34,344 nucleotides of DNA from Nemertoderma westbladi (taxonomy: Eukaryota; Animalia; Xenacoelomorpha), in the NCBI GenBank assembly GCA_032718475.1, contig JAUCBJ010008025.1:1-34344 (forward strand). Direction: 5' to 3'. The translations under genes were made by a program, and so were the position numbers. Of the stretch, positions 1-10,780 are shown in pieces; position 1 is the stretch's first letter; every line of letters begins with the position of its first letter. The notes under the pieces are model-generated. The model did not search any database, had not been told where the DNA came from, and worked only from the letters and a program-made list of their open reading frames with translations.

Positions 1-713
1 GACCTGACAATGAACAACAACGAACAACAATGAGCAACAAAGAGCAACAATGAGCAACAACGAACAACAATGAGTAATAACGAGCAACAATGAGCAACAA
101 CGAGCAACAATGAGCAACAACAATGAGCAACAACGAGCAACAACGAGCACTAATAAAGTACAACAGCGAGCAACAATGAGCAACAACGAACAACAATGAG
201 CAACAACGAGCAACAATGAGCAACAACGAACAACAATGAGTAATAACGAGCAACAATGAGCAACAACGAGCAGCAACGAGCAACAACGAGCAACAATGAG
301 CAACAACGAGCAATAATAAAGTACAACAACGAGCAACAATGAGCAACAACGAACAACAATGAGCAACAATGAGCAACAACGAGCAACAACGAGCAACAAT
401 GAGGAACAACGAGCAACAATGAACAACAACAATGAGCAACAACGAGCAACAATGAGCAACAACGAGAAACAACGAGCAACAATGAGCAACAATGAGCAAC
501 AACGAGCAACAATGAGCAACAACGAGCAACAACGAACAACAATGAGCAACAACGAGCAACAATGAGCAACAACGAGCAACAATGAGCAACAACGAGCAAC
601 AATGAGCAACAAGGAGCAACAATGAGCAACAACGAGCAACAATGAGCAACAACGAGCAACAATGAACAACGAGCAATAATAAAGCACAACAACGAGCAAC
701 AATCTGACAATGA
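1..713. repeat. Tandem 10-bp satellite (GAGCAACAAC/GAGCAACAAT units)
   Basis: Continuous array of gagcaacaaY units with occasional variants (aataataaagtac). The ORFs 150..710 and 359..565 are translations of the repeat. Confidence 0.95.
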
Positions 714-891
714 TACTTATGCAGTATAATTTACCCCAGTAACCCCGAATATATATGTAGGATATAAATAAATTCCCAACAAAGAACTTAATAAAAAATT
801 GCTTCCAAACCCCCAATGTCATCAAGATGGTGCACAATACTGCTATACCGGGACGGGACCGGGACAGGTATACCGGGTGTACCAGTACCGG

Positions 892-960
892 TGTAACAGC
901 GGATTTAGTCCCCCCTGACCAAATCTGCGAGCGGATTGGGTCCTCGTTCGTAACCTACTC
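892..960 (+). mobile_element. Possible DNA-transposon terminus (TGT-start, Ginger-like)
   Basis: CCGG|TGTAACAG followed by the imperfect palindrome cggatttagtc-cccct-gaccaaatctg. TGT ends and CCGG targets are typical of Ginger1 elements. No partner end was found in the window. Confidence 0.3.
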
Positions 961-1044
961 CTCCCCAATTTCGTAGTACGATTTATTGTAATGAGGTTAT
1001 ATTGTTTTAGCCTTTTTATTAATACTCGGTTGGGTTATGTTAGG

Positions 1045-1090
1045 TGTAACAGTAGAACTGACTACCCCCCCCCCCCCCCCCCCCCCGAAA
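1045..1090 (+). mobile_element. Second possible TGT-type terminus
   Basis: TAGG|TGTAACAGtagaactgacta followed by poly-C. It shares GGTGTAACAG with 890-899. Confidence 0.25.
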
Positions 1091-1294
1091 ATACTTTCTG
1101 TAAATTATTTACCGTAATTAATTTAATTATTAATTAAACGAAATGATACCAACTGACCAATGATACCTGACAATAACTCGAACTACAGCATGACTATTAC
1201 TGTAATACTGTAGGGATAGCAAAATATCTTCCCCCTCATCATGTTCGTCGATGCGCCGTTCTGGCTTACGCTCCAGTGGCTATAATAATAAAAT

Positions 1295-2226
1295 TCACAA
1301 GTTAAAATTATATAATTCGCATTCGAATTCGTTACCAGCTGCTTCACTGCTAGGGTGCAGTCCTGCTAGACGTCTTCTTAGCTCCCGATCTCTGATGAAT
1401 TGTTGGTAGTCCGATAAATAAATGTTGATAGCGTCTTTCTTAGGCTGCCCTTCGAGCTCTACTTCCCCTTCTCCATAAGAAAGAACCGTGTCAGTGGATT
1501 CCCCATACACGAGTTGATCAGCCAACTGATTTTTCCACGTGGCAATTCCCTGAACTTTATCGTTGATTTGTTGAAACCATACCTGGACCGCTACCTGCAG
1601 GGAGGTATCTTGTCTTCTTTTGGAGGCTTCTTCGAATGCTGACAAAATTAGTCTAATCCTTAAGATTCACTCCCGCACTTGGAGCAAGAGTAATCCTTGC
1701 ACTGGAGGTTCCAACTGTCCTCGGAATAGTTGAGTTTCTAGTCGTCCCAGGGAGTTAAAGAATCCTTGCATGTAACCGGAGGCCGACCTCTTCCACAACG
1801 CAGGGTCTCGGGTCTCCTGATTTACTCCTAGCTGATGTAAGTCCTCCCATGGAACTTCAGAGAAGTTAAAGGGAATTCCGGGTCCGGTAAAGTTCCATTG
1901 CGATTCAACTAAGGATTCCATTTCTTCCCGCGAATATCCAGCGTAACTCTTTAGTCAGTCTTCTATTCTTTACCCAATCCGCTAAATGCTCTTCCAAAGC
2001 TGGAAGAATTTGGGTGAGCATACCTCCAGGGAGAAAGAAGAGGGGGTTGGCGTCAGCTACCTCTGCTATTCTCTGATCATCCGCTGTAGGTGTGAGTTCC
2101 TCGGTACTAGAGCGGTTATAAGAAAGAACAGTGCAATGGATTCTCTATAAACGAGTTGATTGACAAACTGAGCCTTCCACGTGGTAATTCCCTGAACCTT
2201 ATCGTTCACTCGTTGAAACCATACCT
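1295..2226 (-). pseudogene. Decayed ORF of unknown family with an internally duplicated domain
   Basis: ORFs 1667..1921 and 1295..1645 are in the same frame, separated by one stop. The upstream segment 2130-2224 translates to VWFQRVNDKVQGITTWKAQFVNQLVYRES, a paralogue of VWFQQINDKVQGIATWKNQLADQLVYGES at about 1500-1585. The 5' part is cut off by an RTE insertion. Confidence 0.5.
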
Positions 2227-2719
2227 TAAGGTCCGATTATTTAGAGCAGCAGTAGTTCCAGTACTCCTCTACGGGAGTCCATGCTGGGCTCTAACTGCTG
2301 AGGACACCAAATCTCTGGATGGCACATTCACAAGAATGCTACGCCGGGTTCATTGTGTCAAGTACAATGCACACATCTCCAACCAGACACTATATAACAT
2401 TGGAGGTGTCTCATTGGTTCCCCCAAGCTTGACACTAGAACAAAATCGCCTCCGCTTTGCAGGACATTGCTTTCGCCGTGAGGACCAGCCAGTGCATAAT
2501 CTTGTACTTTGGCAGCCTCATGGAGTGAATAAGCATGGTGGACACCCCATGACTTTCTTGAGACGCATCTTAAAGGATACTGGCCTTAAAGATGCGGATG
2601 ATCTAGCAAATGTCATGGGTGATAGGGAGTTGTGGCGGTGCAATTTTGTTGACAAGCAGGCACAGCATTCTTAAAAATGCAGCTGCAATGCAGCATGCCG
2701 ATCCTAGTAGTAGTAGTAG
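2225..2719 (+). mobile_element. RTE-clade LINE family A, 5'-truncated 3' fragment
   Basis: Encodes the RTE ORF C-terminus (LKVRLFRAAVVPVLLYGSPCWALT...LDGTFTRMLRR...RLRFAGHCFR), then a short 3' UTR ending ccgatcc(TAG)5. Confidence 0.9.
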
Positions 2720-4183
2720 GCAAACCAAAAGCGCCGATTAGAACTGGCGCAGTTGGGATTATCTGAGAGTGAGGCTGGTTTGGGTAGTGTTTACGAGGAG
2801 CCAGAAGTAATGGAAACGTTTGTTAATACCCCACTTACAGGCACCGGGCGACAGACCCAGGACTGGTGTAACTGTAATAATAATACGTTAGAAGGAATTA
2901 ATATTAATAGTACCGTAGTAGACAACCCTAATTAAACCTTTGTTGCAGGAAATAATGTTTTACCCGGTAATAATAATTTTGACCTAAATGTGCAAAATAA
3001 TCCAAATAATAATATTAATTCAAACGTACAAAATAATCCAAATAATAATATTAATTCAAACGTACAAAATATTCCAAATAATAATTCCAATTTGAATGTA
3101 CAAAGTAATCCAAATAATAACCCTAATTCCGAACAAAATAATTTAAATAATTTAAATAACTTAGATAACAATAATATTGATAACGGTGCTATTAATACGA
3201 TTGCAGGGGACACAGGTCGTCCGGCCAGAGAGAGCCTGCAAGGCCACATAGTTACGCAGGGAGTAGCGGGGGTGAGTCACCCCAACGGGAGCCTGCAAGG
3301 CCACGTAGTTAGGCAGGGAGTAGTGGGGGTGAGTCAACCCGACGGGAGCCTGCAAGGCCACGCAGTCGCACAGGGAGAGGCGGGGGTGAGCAGACCCAGC
3401 CATAGTAGAGACAATGCGTCGACTAGAGAGGGGCGTAGAAGCGAAGTAGGAGGTAGTGAAGTAAGAAGTGGCGAATGGGGGGGGGGGGGGGCTACTGGCG
3501 CCCCACCACAAGAGATTAGTGGCGAGAGTGGGGGGGGGGGGGGGGGCAGATAATGCCCCACAAGGGTCGGCGGATAATGCGCGAGGCGAATTAGGTGAAC
3601 CGTGTCGTGAGCGGGCGAGCGACAAGACGTCGAGCCCAGTCGGAGGATGGAAGAAGAACAGTCGAATCCGAACCGCGAGGTCGAAGAGAGATCTCATGAG
3701 CGGGATCGCTACACTGAAGAGAGAAGAAGTGAAGATAATAGAAGAAGCGTTGCTACGAGCAACCAGAGAGCGAGGACGGACAGCGAACCGTCGGTAGTAG
3801 AGATGTAGTTAGAGAGTCAGTGGGGTCGAACTCCGGGAGATTGCCATCGCCCCAGAGAGACTCAGCCTGGTGAGATATACCATACACCGGGAGAAGGGTA
3901 CAGGATGTACCGGTACGAGGACGAGGACAGGAGAGGGGATCGAAGAGAAACTTCCCGACGGGATATAGCTGCCGATCGAGAGTACGGAGGTCGCGGGGAG
4001 GACTTCTTGGAATATTCGACAAGATTAAACTTCGGTCCGGAAGGACACAGGCAGACTGCAGGACATACTGTAGGCCTTACTGCACATACTATAGGCCATG
4101 CTGGAAGAGATAGTGTAGGCGATAGGGTAGCGCGAACATCGGGATTAGATAAGGAAGTTGCGGCATACATACCGGTAGATAGG
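2720..4183 (+). mobile_element. Fragment of BEL/Pao gag region (second copy of the 8859-21337 family)
   Basis: Collinear high similarity to about 10884-12195, including the Asn-rich repeat and downstream segment. It contains three 57-bp agcctgcaaggccac units. Confidence 0.92.
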
Positions 4184-6308
4184 CTACTACTACTAGGATC
4201 GGCATGCTGCATTGCAGCTGCATTTTTAAGAATGCTGTGCCGGCTTGTCAACAAAATTGCACTGCCACAACTTCCTATCACCCATGACATATGCTAGATC
4301 ATCCGCATCTTTAAGGCCAATGTCCTTTAAGATGCATCTCAAGAAAGTCATGGGCTGTCCACCATGCTTATTCACTCCATGAGGCTGCCAAAGTACAAGA
4401 TTATGCACTGGCTGGTCCTCACGGCGAGTCATCAGCAAAGTCTAGATCAGTTGGTACTTGGCAGGATTTCCTCGACTTCTGGAGCCAGTAGGTGGAGTTA
4501 TCATCACCCCATCATCATTATGATGATCTAAGGACATGCGTAGAACATAGTCAACCACAATAATGAACAAGAATGATGGTGCAAGTGTGTCTCCTTGGAG
4601 GACGCCCCATAACACTTCAAATGGTTCTGTGTCACCGTCAACAGTAGACACAAATGTTGTCGAACCATCGTATACTGATCTGATTGCTGCAATAATTTCA
4701 TCAGGAATCCCATATAATGAAAGTATTCTGAACATACGTGAGCGAGAGACTGAATCAAAGGCCTTGAAGAAGTCAACAAAGATAACAGCCAGATGCCTGT
4801 CTTTCTTTTTTGATAATTCTTCAATTATCCTTCTAAGTGCCAAAATGGGCTCCATGGTCCCACGACCTTTACGGAAACCATTCTGATTTCCACGGAGCAG
4901 TCTCTCAATGGGATCCCTGATGCGATTTAATAGAATCCTAATGTATAGCTTTGCAGCAATCGAGATCAATGAGATTCCCCGAAAAGAACCATAGAGTGTT
5001 AGGTTGCCCTTCTTGGGAACTGGCACCAACTTATTTGTTTTCATTTCTTGTGGGACTCTTGTTGTTCGATACATGTCTACTATGATGGGATAGATGAGCT
5101 TTAAACACTCAGGTATTTTAAAGACCTCAGGGGGAACACCATCTACTCCACTGGCACGATTGGTCTTAATGCTCTTTGCAGCAGCCTTCACTTCTGCAAA
5201 GGAGATATCGCCAATGGGAATATCTGGGAGTACAGACTCAGACACTTTTACTTCTATAAAGTTATCAGGCAATACCCTGTCATTATTGAGGAGCTTTTCA
5301 AAGTGGGCTTTCCAACCATTGAGGCGATCGGCTGGTGATTCAGCCTTAACCTTGGTGGTTGGTTGGCTTTTCCGCCCAGTAAGCAGATTGGTTGATTTCC
5401 ATGCCTGGGATGATTACCTGCTGTCATCAGCATCATTGATGGCATCAACCTGTTGGTTTATTAGCTCCTGTAGATTAGCAGAGTACTGCCTGTTCAGGGA
5501 CCTAGATGCAGCCTCAACTGCATTCTTGGCCGCTGTAGTCTGTTTGAGTCGGGACTCTTTCTGCGCCTTATGAAGGTCATTTCGGCACTTCTGAATTTTG
5601 TTGTCAGTCCAGGGGGCCCTTTTCCTGTTTCGAGGGTATACAGGAACTGTTTCTGCAGCTGCTAACTTAACTGCTTCTGTAAAGGCAGTATAGCCCTCAC
5701 AGTGATCTGCCGCCTCAGAGGCAAGAGCCTCATACCTGTTGCTCAGCTGTAGTGTGAAGCTGGATCTCACACTTGGCTGTTGCAACAGAGAGGACCAGTC
5801 ATGCCGCGGCAAGGAAGATTTCGTTGTTCTGCTAGCACGCAGACTAAGTCTTACCTTGGCCACAATAGGGCGGTGATCACTGGAGAAGGGTCGAAGTGTA
5901 AATGCATTACAGTCTTGTATAGAGCTCCTGTATTTCCTACGAAACATAATATGGTCTATCTGGGACTTGTGACCACTGGGTCCACTATGAGTCCATAGCT
6001 TTCCAGTTCGCTTCTTGAACTGGGTTCCAGCCGAAAACAATCCATTTCCAGAGATAAAATCCTGAAGATGGACAGAATTTCGGTTAACACTATTGCTATA
6101 GACCCAGGGCGATGTAGGTGATTGATGCAGACTTGCATTAAAGTCTCCCAGGAATGTTAAGAATGCATGCTGATCCACTCCATCAGTAGCTGCTTGTAGA
6201 TTGTGGTAGAAATTTTCCACCTCCTCTACAGGGGCAACACTAGTTGGAGAGTAGCACACAATCAGAACCACCTTAGGAAACTTCTTAGCCACTTCAAAAC
6301 ATATTCCA
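4184..6308 (-). mobile_element. RTE-clade LINE family A, 5'-truncated and internally deleted (partial APE endonuclease + RT)
   Basis: APE motifs (CYSPT, LGDFNA, SQIDHIM, SDHRP) and RT motifs (PKKGNL, QNGFRKGR, VDFFKAFDSV, GVLQGDTLAP, DLDFADD) with frameshifts. The (CTA)n tail at 4184 has the same 3' UTR as the 2225 copy. Confidence 0.93.
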
Positions 6309-6374
6309 CTAACTACTACAGTACTACTACTAACTACCGGTATTATTAAAATATTAAATATAATAATATCCACA

Positions 6375-6480
6375 CACATAATTTTTTCCCCAGTAATTTT
6401 CAAGACCAATCGGTTCTGGAATGTCTTCGACACTGAGAGCATCCTCTTTAGATATCTTCCCTTTAGTTTGTCAATAATAA
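6375..6480 (-). mobile_element. Possible short fragment of another non-LTR ORF C-terminus
   Basis: Translates IDKLKGRYLKRMLSVSKTFQNRLVLKITGE, which resembles the post-RT regions of LINE ORF2 proteins. Short and uncorroborated. Confidence 0.3.
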
Positions 6481-6574
6481 TAAACTGTTGTGCTTTCAAA
6501 GATTCCCATATTCCCGCAATATTTTTATTATAACTAGCAATAGGGCGAATATTCTAGCTGGATCTGCTATATTT

Positions 6575-6992
6575 TTAGAGAGCAGGGCGATGTCATCCGC
6601 AAAGTCGATGTCTGTGACTGCAGTTAGGCCTACCGGATATCTGCTACTTCTGCGTTCTTGCAGTGTGAATCCCAGATCTTCACCCTTTGTGGCCGTCCTC
6701 ATTGCGTAATCCAGCACAATTACAAATAGTAATGTCGCCAATGTGACACCTTGCAGTACGTCAGCCAGGATTGAGAATAATTTAGTTTCACATCTGGTGA
6801 GAGTACCTGTGCTTCTGTGTCACAATATAACAATCCAATGCCAGCAACAATTACTTCTGGTATTCCATAAGCTCTTAGGATTTCAAGCATTTTACATCTA
6901 TGGATGGAGTCGAATGCTTTTTTGAAGTCCATAAAAGACAGGACAGCGGAGAGATTCTTTGACTTAATTCCTTCAATCAGTCTCCGTAGCGC
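6575..6992 (-). mobile_element. RTE-clade LINE family B, internal RT fragment
   Basis: Near-identical inverted match to about 18813-19225 (ALRRLIEGIKSKNL...DFKKAFDSIH...DFADDIALLS). Confidence 0.92.
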
Positions 6993-7140
6993 ATTGTTCG
7001 TTTTGGCCTTATGTTGCAACACTGAAACCTTTGTAGACCAAATATTAGCTAATCACCCCAATTATAACAGTTCACTGATGGCTCACAGTACTCGCCCCAC
7101 ACAGTCAGACTCTGTGCTCCTATTCAGCACGGCTCCTCCG

Positions 7141-7171
7141 GCAGCATGCCGATCCTAGTAGTAGTAGTAGT
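7141..7171 (+). mobile_element. Extremely truncated RTE-A 3' end
   Basis: gcagcatgccgatcc(tag)5, identical to the RTE-A terminus at 2690-2719. Confidence 0.8.
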
Positions 7172-7879
7172 GATGCTCCTATTCTCTCCTTTATTGGCTC
7201 TACCCTATTCTTAATATAAAGTCAATTTATTCCTTCACTCTATAAACAATAATAGAACGCTGTTATCCTCAACTAATCCACGGAGTGATTCCCCTGACTC
7301 ATTAGTTATTGATGACCCACTAATGAACTAAACGGCCTGTAATCATACCTGTAGAGTATATTATTATATCCGACAATACGAAATGGATTAACTAGAACCA
7401 ATTGGCTTTCTGAGATGTCTCCCGAGGTACCTTACCATATGTAAGAAAATGCAACTAAATTATATTTAATTTAATTGGTTTAACGGCCTCCTATAATAAA
7501 TTCATATTCATTTCCAAGAGGGGGGATTTAATCTCTGCGAATTCAAATCTTATCTCAAGGTCCCAATCTCATCTCAAAACTCCCATGGAACAGGGGTACG
7601 TTATTCTATCCAAAACGAAAAACGAAAGTCAATAAAACAAGTTACATTTATATTCTTGGGAGTAATGAGCTTTTATTTGAGTTGATTTTCCTCTGGAGAG
7701 AACGCCCTTAATGGGAACAAACATACCGGTAGACCTTTTTACAATTTGCTATACTAATGGGAATCGTTGTTTTATTGATGACGCGAAATTATTGCTTTGT
7801 GAATATTTTTCTCCCTATGTCATATGATGGAAGTAATTTTTACAAACATGGGAGTCAATCAATAGCAAGGAATAGCACT

Positions 7880-8858
7880 GCTACTACTATCGACATGCTA
7901 CATTGCAGCTGCATTATATATATTAAGAATGCTGTGCCGGCTTGTCCACAATATTGCGCCTACACTACTCCCTATCATCCATGACATTTGTTGGTGTAAT
8001 ATTATGGTTTTGTTCCGAAATTGAAAAAATGAGAAAGCGCGTCAGCGGGGTTTAACAATTCATGACATTTGTTAGATCATCCACATGTACATGTACAAGG
8101 CCAGTGTCCTTTAAGAAGTCATGGGCTGTCCACCATGCTTAGGTTCACTGCCATAATTTTGGTCTTCAGCAAAGTCTAGGTCAGTAAGTAAGGTAAAGAA
8201 AAAAAAAAATGTAAGGGCCCCCATGCGGGGGTTGAACCCACGACCTCCGTGAGATGTGAATTTAATGCTACCACTACACCAAGTAAGGTACTCTGCTGGG
8301 TTTCCTTATTTTTTATTTTTTTATTTTCTGATTTACGTATTGCGCCAGTAGGGGGTGTTGTAATCTCCCAATCTTTATTAAAATGATCTAAGACATGCAT
8401 AGAACATAATCAACCACATTACAAATAAGAATGGTGCAAGTGTGTCATCCTGAAGGACTCCCCATAAGACTTCAAATGGTTCTGTGTCACAATCAACAGT
8501 AGACACGAACGTGGTGGAACCATCGTACAGTGAACTGATTGCTGCAATAATTTCATCAGGAATCCCATATAATGAAAGTATGCTGAACATACGTGAGCAA
8601 GAGACTGAATCAAAGGTCTTGAAGAAGTCAATAAAGATAACAGCGAGATGCATGTCTTTCTTTTTTGATATCTCTTCAATTATCATGTGCCAAAATGGGC
8701 TCCATGAGCCCATGAACTTTGCTGAACCCATTCTGATTTCCACGGAGCAGTCTCTCAATGGGATCCCTGATGCGATTTAATAGAATTATATTGTATAGCT
8801 TTGCAGCAAACGAGATCAATGGGTTTCCCCGAAAAGATCCATAGAGTCCTTTTTTGGG
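7880..8858 (-). mobile_element. Older degraded RTE-A copy (target of the BEL insertion; continues at 21338-21390)
   Basis: Matches 4184-5017 with more divergence, deletions and small insertions. The alignment resumes after the BEL 3' LTR (ttgggggaatggaccacc...ttcttgagggattctc). Confidence 0.88.
8196..8280 (-). mobile_element. tRNA-derived short insertion (SINE-like or tRNA pseudogene fragment)
   Basis: Minus strand reads (t)ggtgtagtggtagc (A-box-like) ... gaggtcgtgggttcaacccccgc (B-box/T-arm), then a T-run. It is flanked by the direct repeat aagtaaggta (8186-8195, 8281-8290). The anticodon arm is degenerate. Confidence 0.6.
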
Positions 8859-9538
8859 TGTAAGCGGATTCAATTCCACTTCATTACCCACCAGAAAATA
8901 GGGCCAGTGGCATTTTACTAATGTAGTTGGGGATACGATTACCAATAATAATCTCGCCTCATAACCAACTTTGGGGGGGGGGGGGCGACACAAGCCCTAA
9001 AGCCACAGAGAGAGGTGAGAGGTGAGAGGTCAAACCACCTCGGAGGGAGAACACAGCTAGTAGAGGCTAGCAGCAGGGGGAAACACTCAGGGAGTGCCAA
9101 AGTGACAATTAGTATATTAGCCAATAGCAAGGAGGGAAGCACGTGATTAGAGATAGGAAAGCATCCACTGGGTACAGAGGGCCAAGTACAGTAAGAGGTG
9201 AAACCAATATCTGTGTGTATCAATCATATATTATTCTGCATTACTGATTTACCGGTCAGTTCATTAGTTACAGAGTTGCAGACCAGTCATAGTTTATGAC
9301 CGTCACCGCCACTAACATCACCAATTAATCTGTGTATTTTCTGCTGTTACTGATTTACCGTGATATTCATCACTGATTTACTGATTGTGCTATTATCGTT
9401 TGGAGTATAAATATTGAGAATCAGAAACTCTATTGTTTTTCCCCGACTGCCTTCAGCCAAACCGACCCAGTGCAACTGCCCGGCAGAACAGTGACGCGAA
9501 CAAATCTAACCCAGTCGGGATCTCAGGATCCTGTCACA
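8859..9538 (+). repeat. 5' LTR (680 bp)
   Basis: Starts TGTAAGCGG, ends GTCACA. Direct repeat of 20661-21337. Confidence 0.97.
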
Positions 9539-9548
9539 GTCATAAACT
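9539..9548 (+). promoter_or_regulatory. Non-tRNA primer-binding site candidate (GTCATAAACT), complementary to LTR 9291-9300
   Basis: Abuts the LTR end, lacks the TGG of a tRNA PBS, and is the exact reverse complement of AGTTTATGAC in both LTRs. Confidence 0.65.
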
Positions 9549-10554
9549 CACTACCTACAACTAAACTGTGGCTGCAAGAAAGATGGGGGAAGAAGGAATG
9601 CCCCGATTACCAGAATGAGAGAAGACGCCGCCGCCGACCCCGGACGACACCAACCAAACGATCCGTGAGACCGTGACGAGACGGTATCGGCCTGCCATGC
9701 CGGATTCGCCAACGAGAGACAATCCAATAGGCCAAGCGGAGGGCGGCCGTCAACTAGGAAGGAGAGAGGGAGATGTGTCGACGCGCGACGATGAGGGCGG
9801 CTGGAGTACCGAAGTCGCCGGCTAGCCACAGGCCGAGGGTGACGGACGGCCCACCGGAACGGCGACTGTGGGGCCGCCGTTACGACGCCGGACAAGGAGA
9901 GGAGGTAGAGTCGACGAAGAGGACGTCGGGATGAGTGATCGGCTACGACGGGCCTACAACGCCACCAAGAAACTACTTAACGAGGCCAAGGAGGGGAGAA
10001 AGGTAGACCAGCCTAAACTATACCAGAGGCTAGGTGAGTCGAATAAACATTTTCATTATTTAGTCCGTTTTGGACAGGGAGAACTGGCGAGTGAGAGAGT
10101 GAGGGGGGTCGCCACGGAACTGTTTGAATTGTGGCGGTCCGGGGTAATGGAGCCAGACGTAGTGTACATAGGGCCTTACTTAGTGGATGCAAGGGGAATT
10201 AAGTTAGTGGGATGGGCGGACCTGCACGACGGCGAACCCGAGGTTAACCCCGAGGATTTGGTGTTGTCGGTTAGAGAGAACCCCAGGAAGCGGGGGAAAG
10301 TAAGTAGGACAGAGAGGCGACGGGAGTCCATCGCGACCGATAAGTCCGCTACGTCCTCCGCAAAAGCAAGAAGGGTGTTAGAGATAGATCTGGAGTATCA
10401 ACTAGACATTGTGCCGCTGGATTATAAGGATTTGGAGAGGCAACTAGATGAGGGAACGCATTATTAGAGAGAGAGAGAGAGTTAGCGAGGCAATGAGAGA
10501 GAGCCGAGAGGGTGGCGAGAAACTGCAGGGAGCGGGAGGAAAGAAAGATGAGTG

Positions 10555-10780
10555 AGCGTAAAGAGCGCAAGGAATGGGAGGCGAAAGTAGAAAAAGAGCG
10601 TGAGGAATGGGAGGCGAAAGTAGAAAACGAGCGCAAAGAGCGGGAGGCGAAAGTAGAAAACGAGTGCAAAGAGCGGGAGGCGAAAGTATAGAATGAGCGC
10701 AAAGAGCGAGAAGCGAGAGAGGTAGCGAGGGTAGAGAGAAAAACGAACGAGCGTAGAGAGCGGGAGGCGAGGGAGGCAGA
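10555..10780 (+). repeat. 33-bp coding repeat (ERKEREAKVEN-like coiled coil) in gag
   Basis: Repeated gagcgcaaagagcgggaggcgaaagtagaaaac units. Confidence 0.8.

Noticed and set aside
150-710. Cys/Leu-rich 186-aa ORF
   Set aside because: Translation of the 10-bp satellite.
5414-6499. 361-aa ORF as a single gene
   Set aside because: Chimeric read-through from unrelated flank into a truncated RTE endonuclease.
8196-8280. Functional tRNA gene
   Set aside because: The acceptor stem and anticodon arm cannot be formed properly.
9569-9588. TGGCTGCAAG as a tRNA PBS
   Set aside because: It lies 30 nt from the LTR end and I recognise no matching tRNA 3' end. A host tRNA search would settle it.
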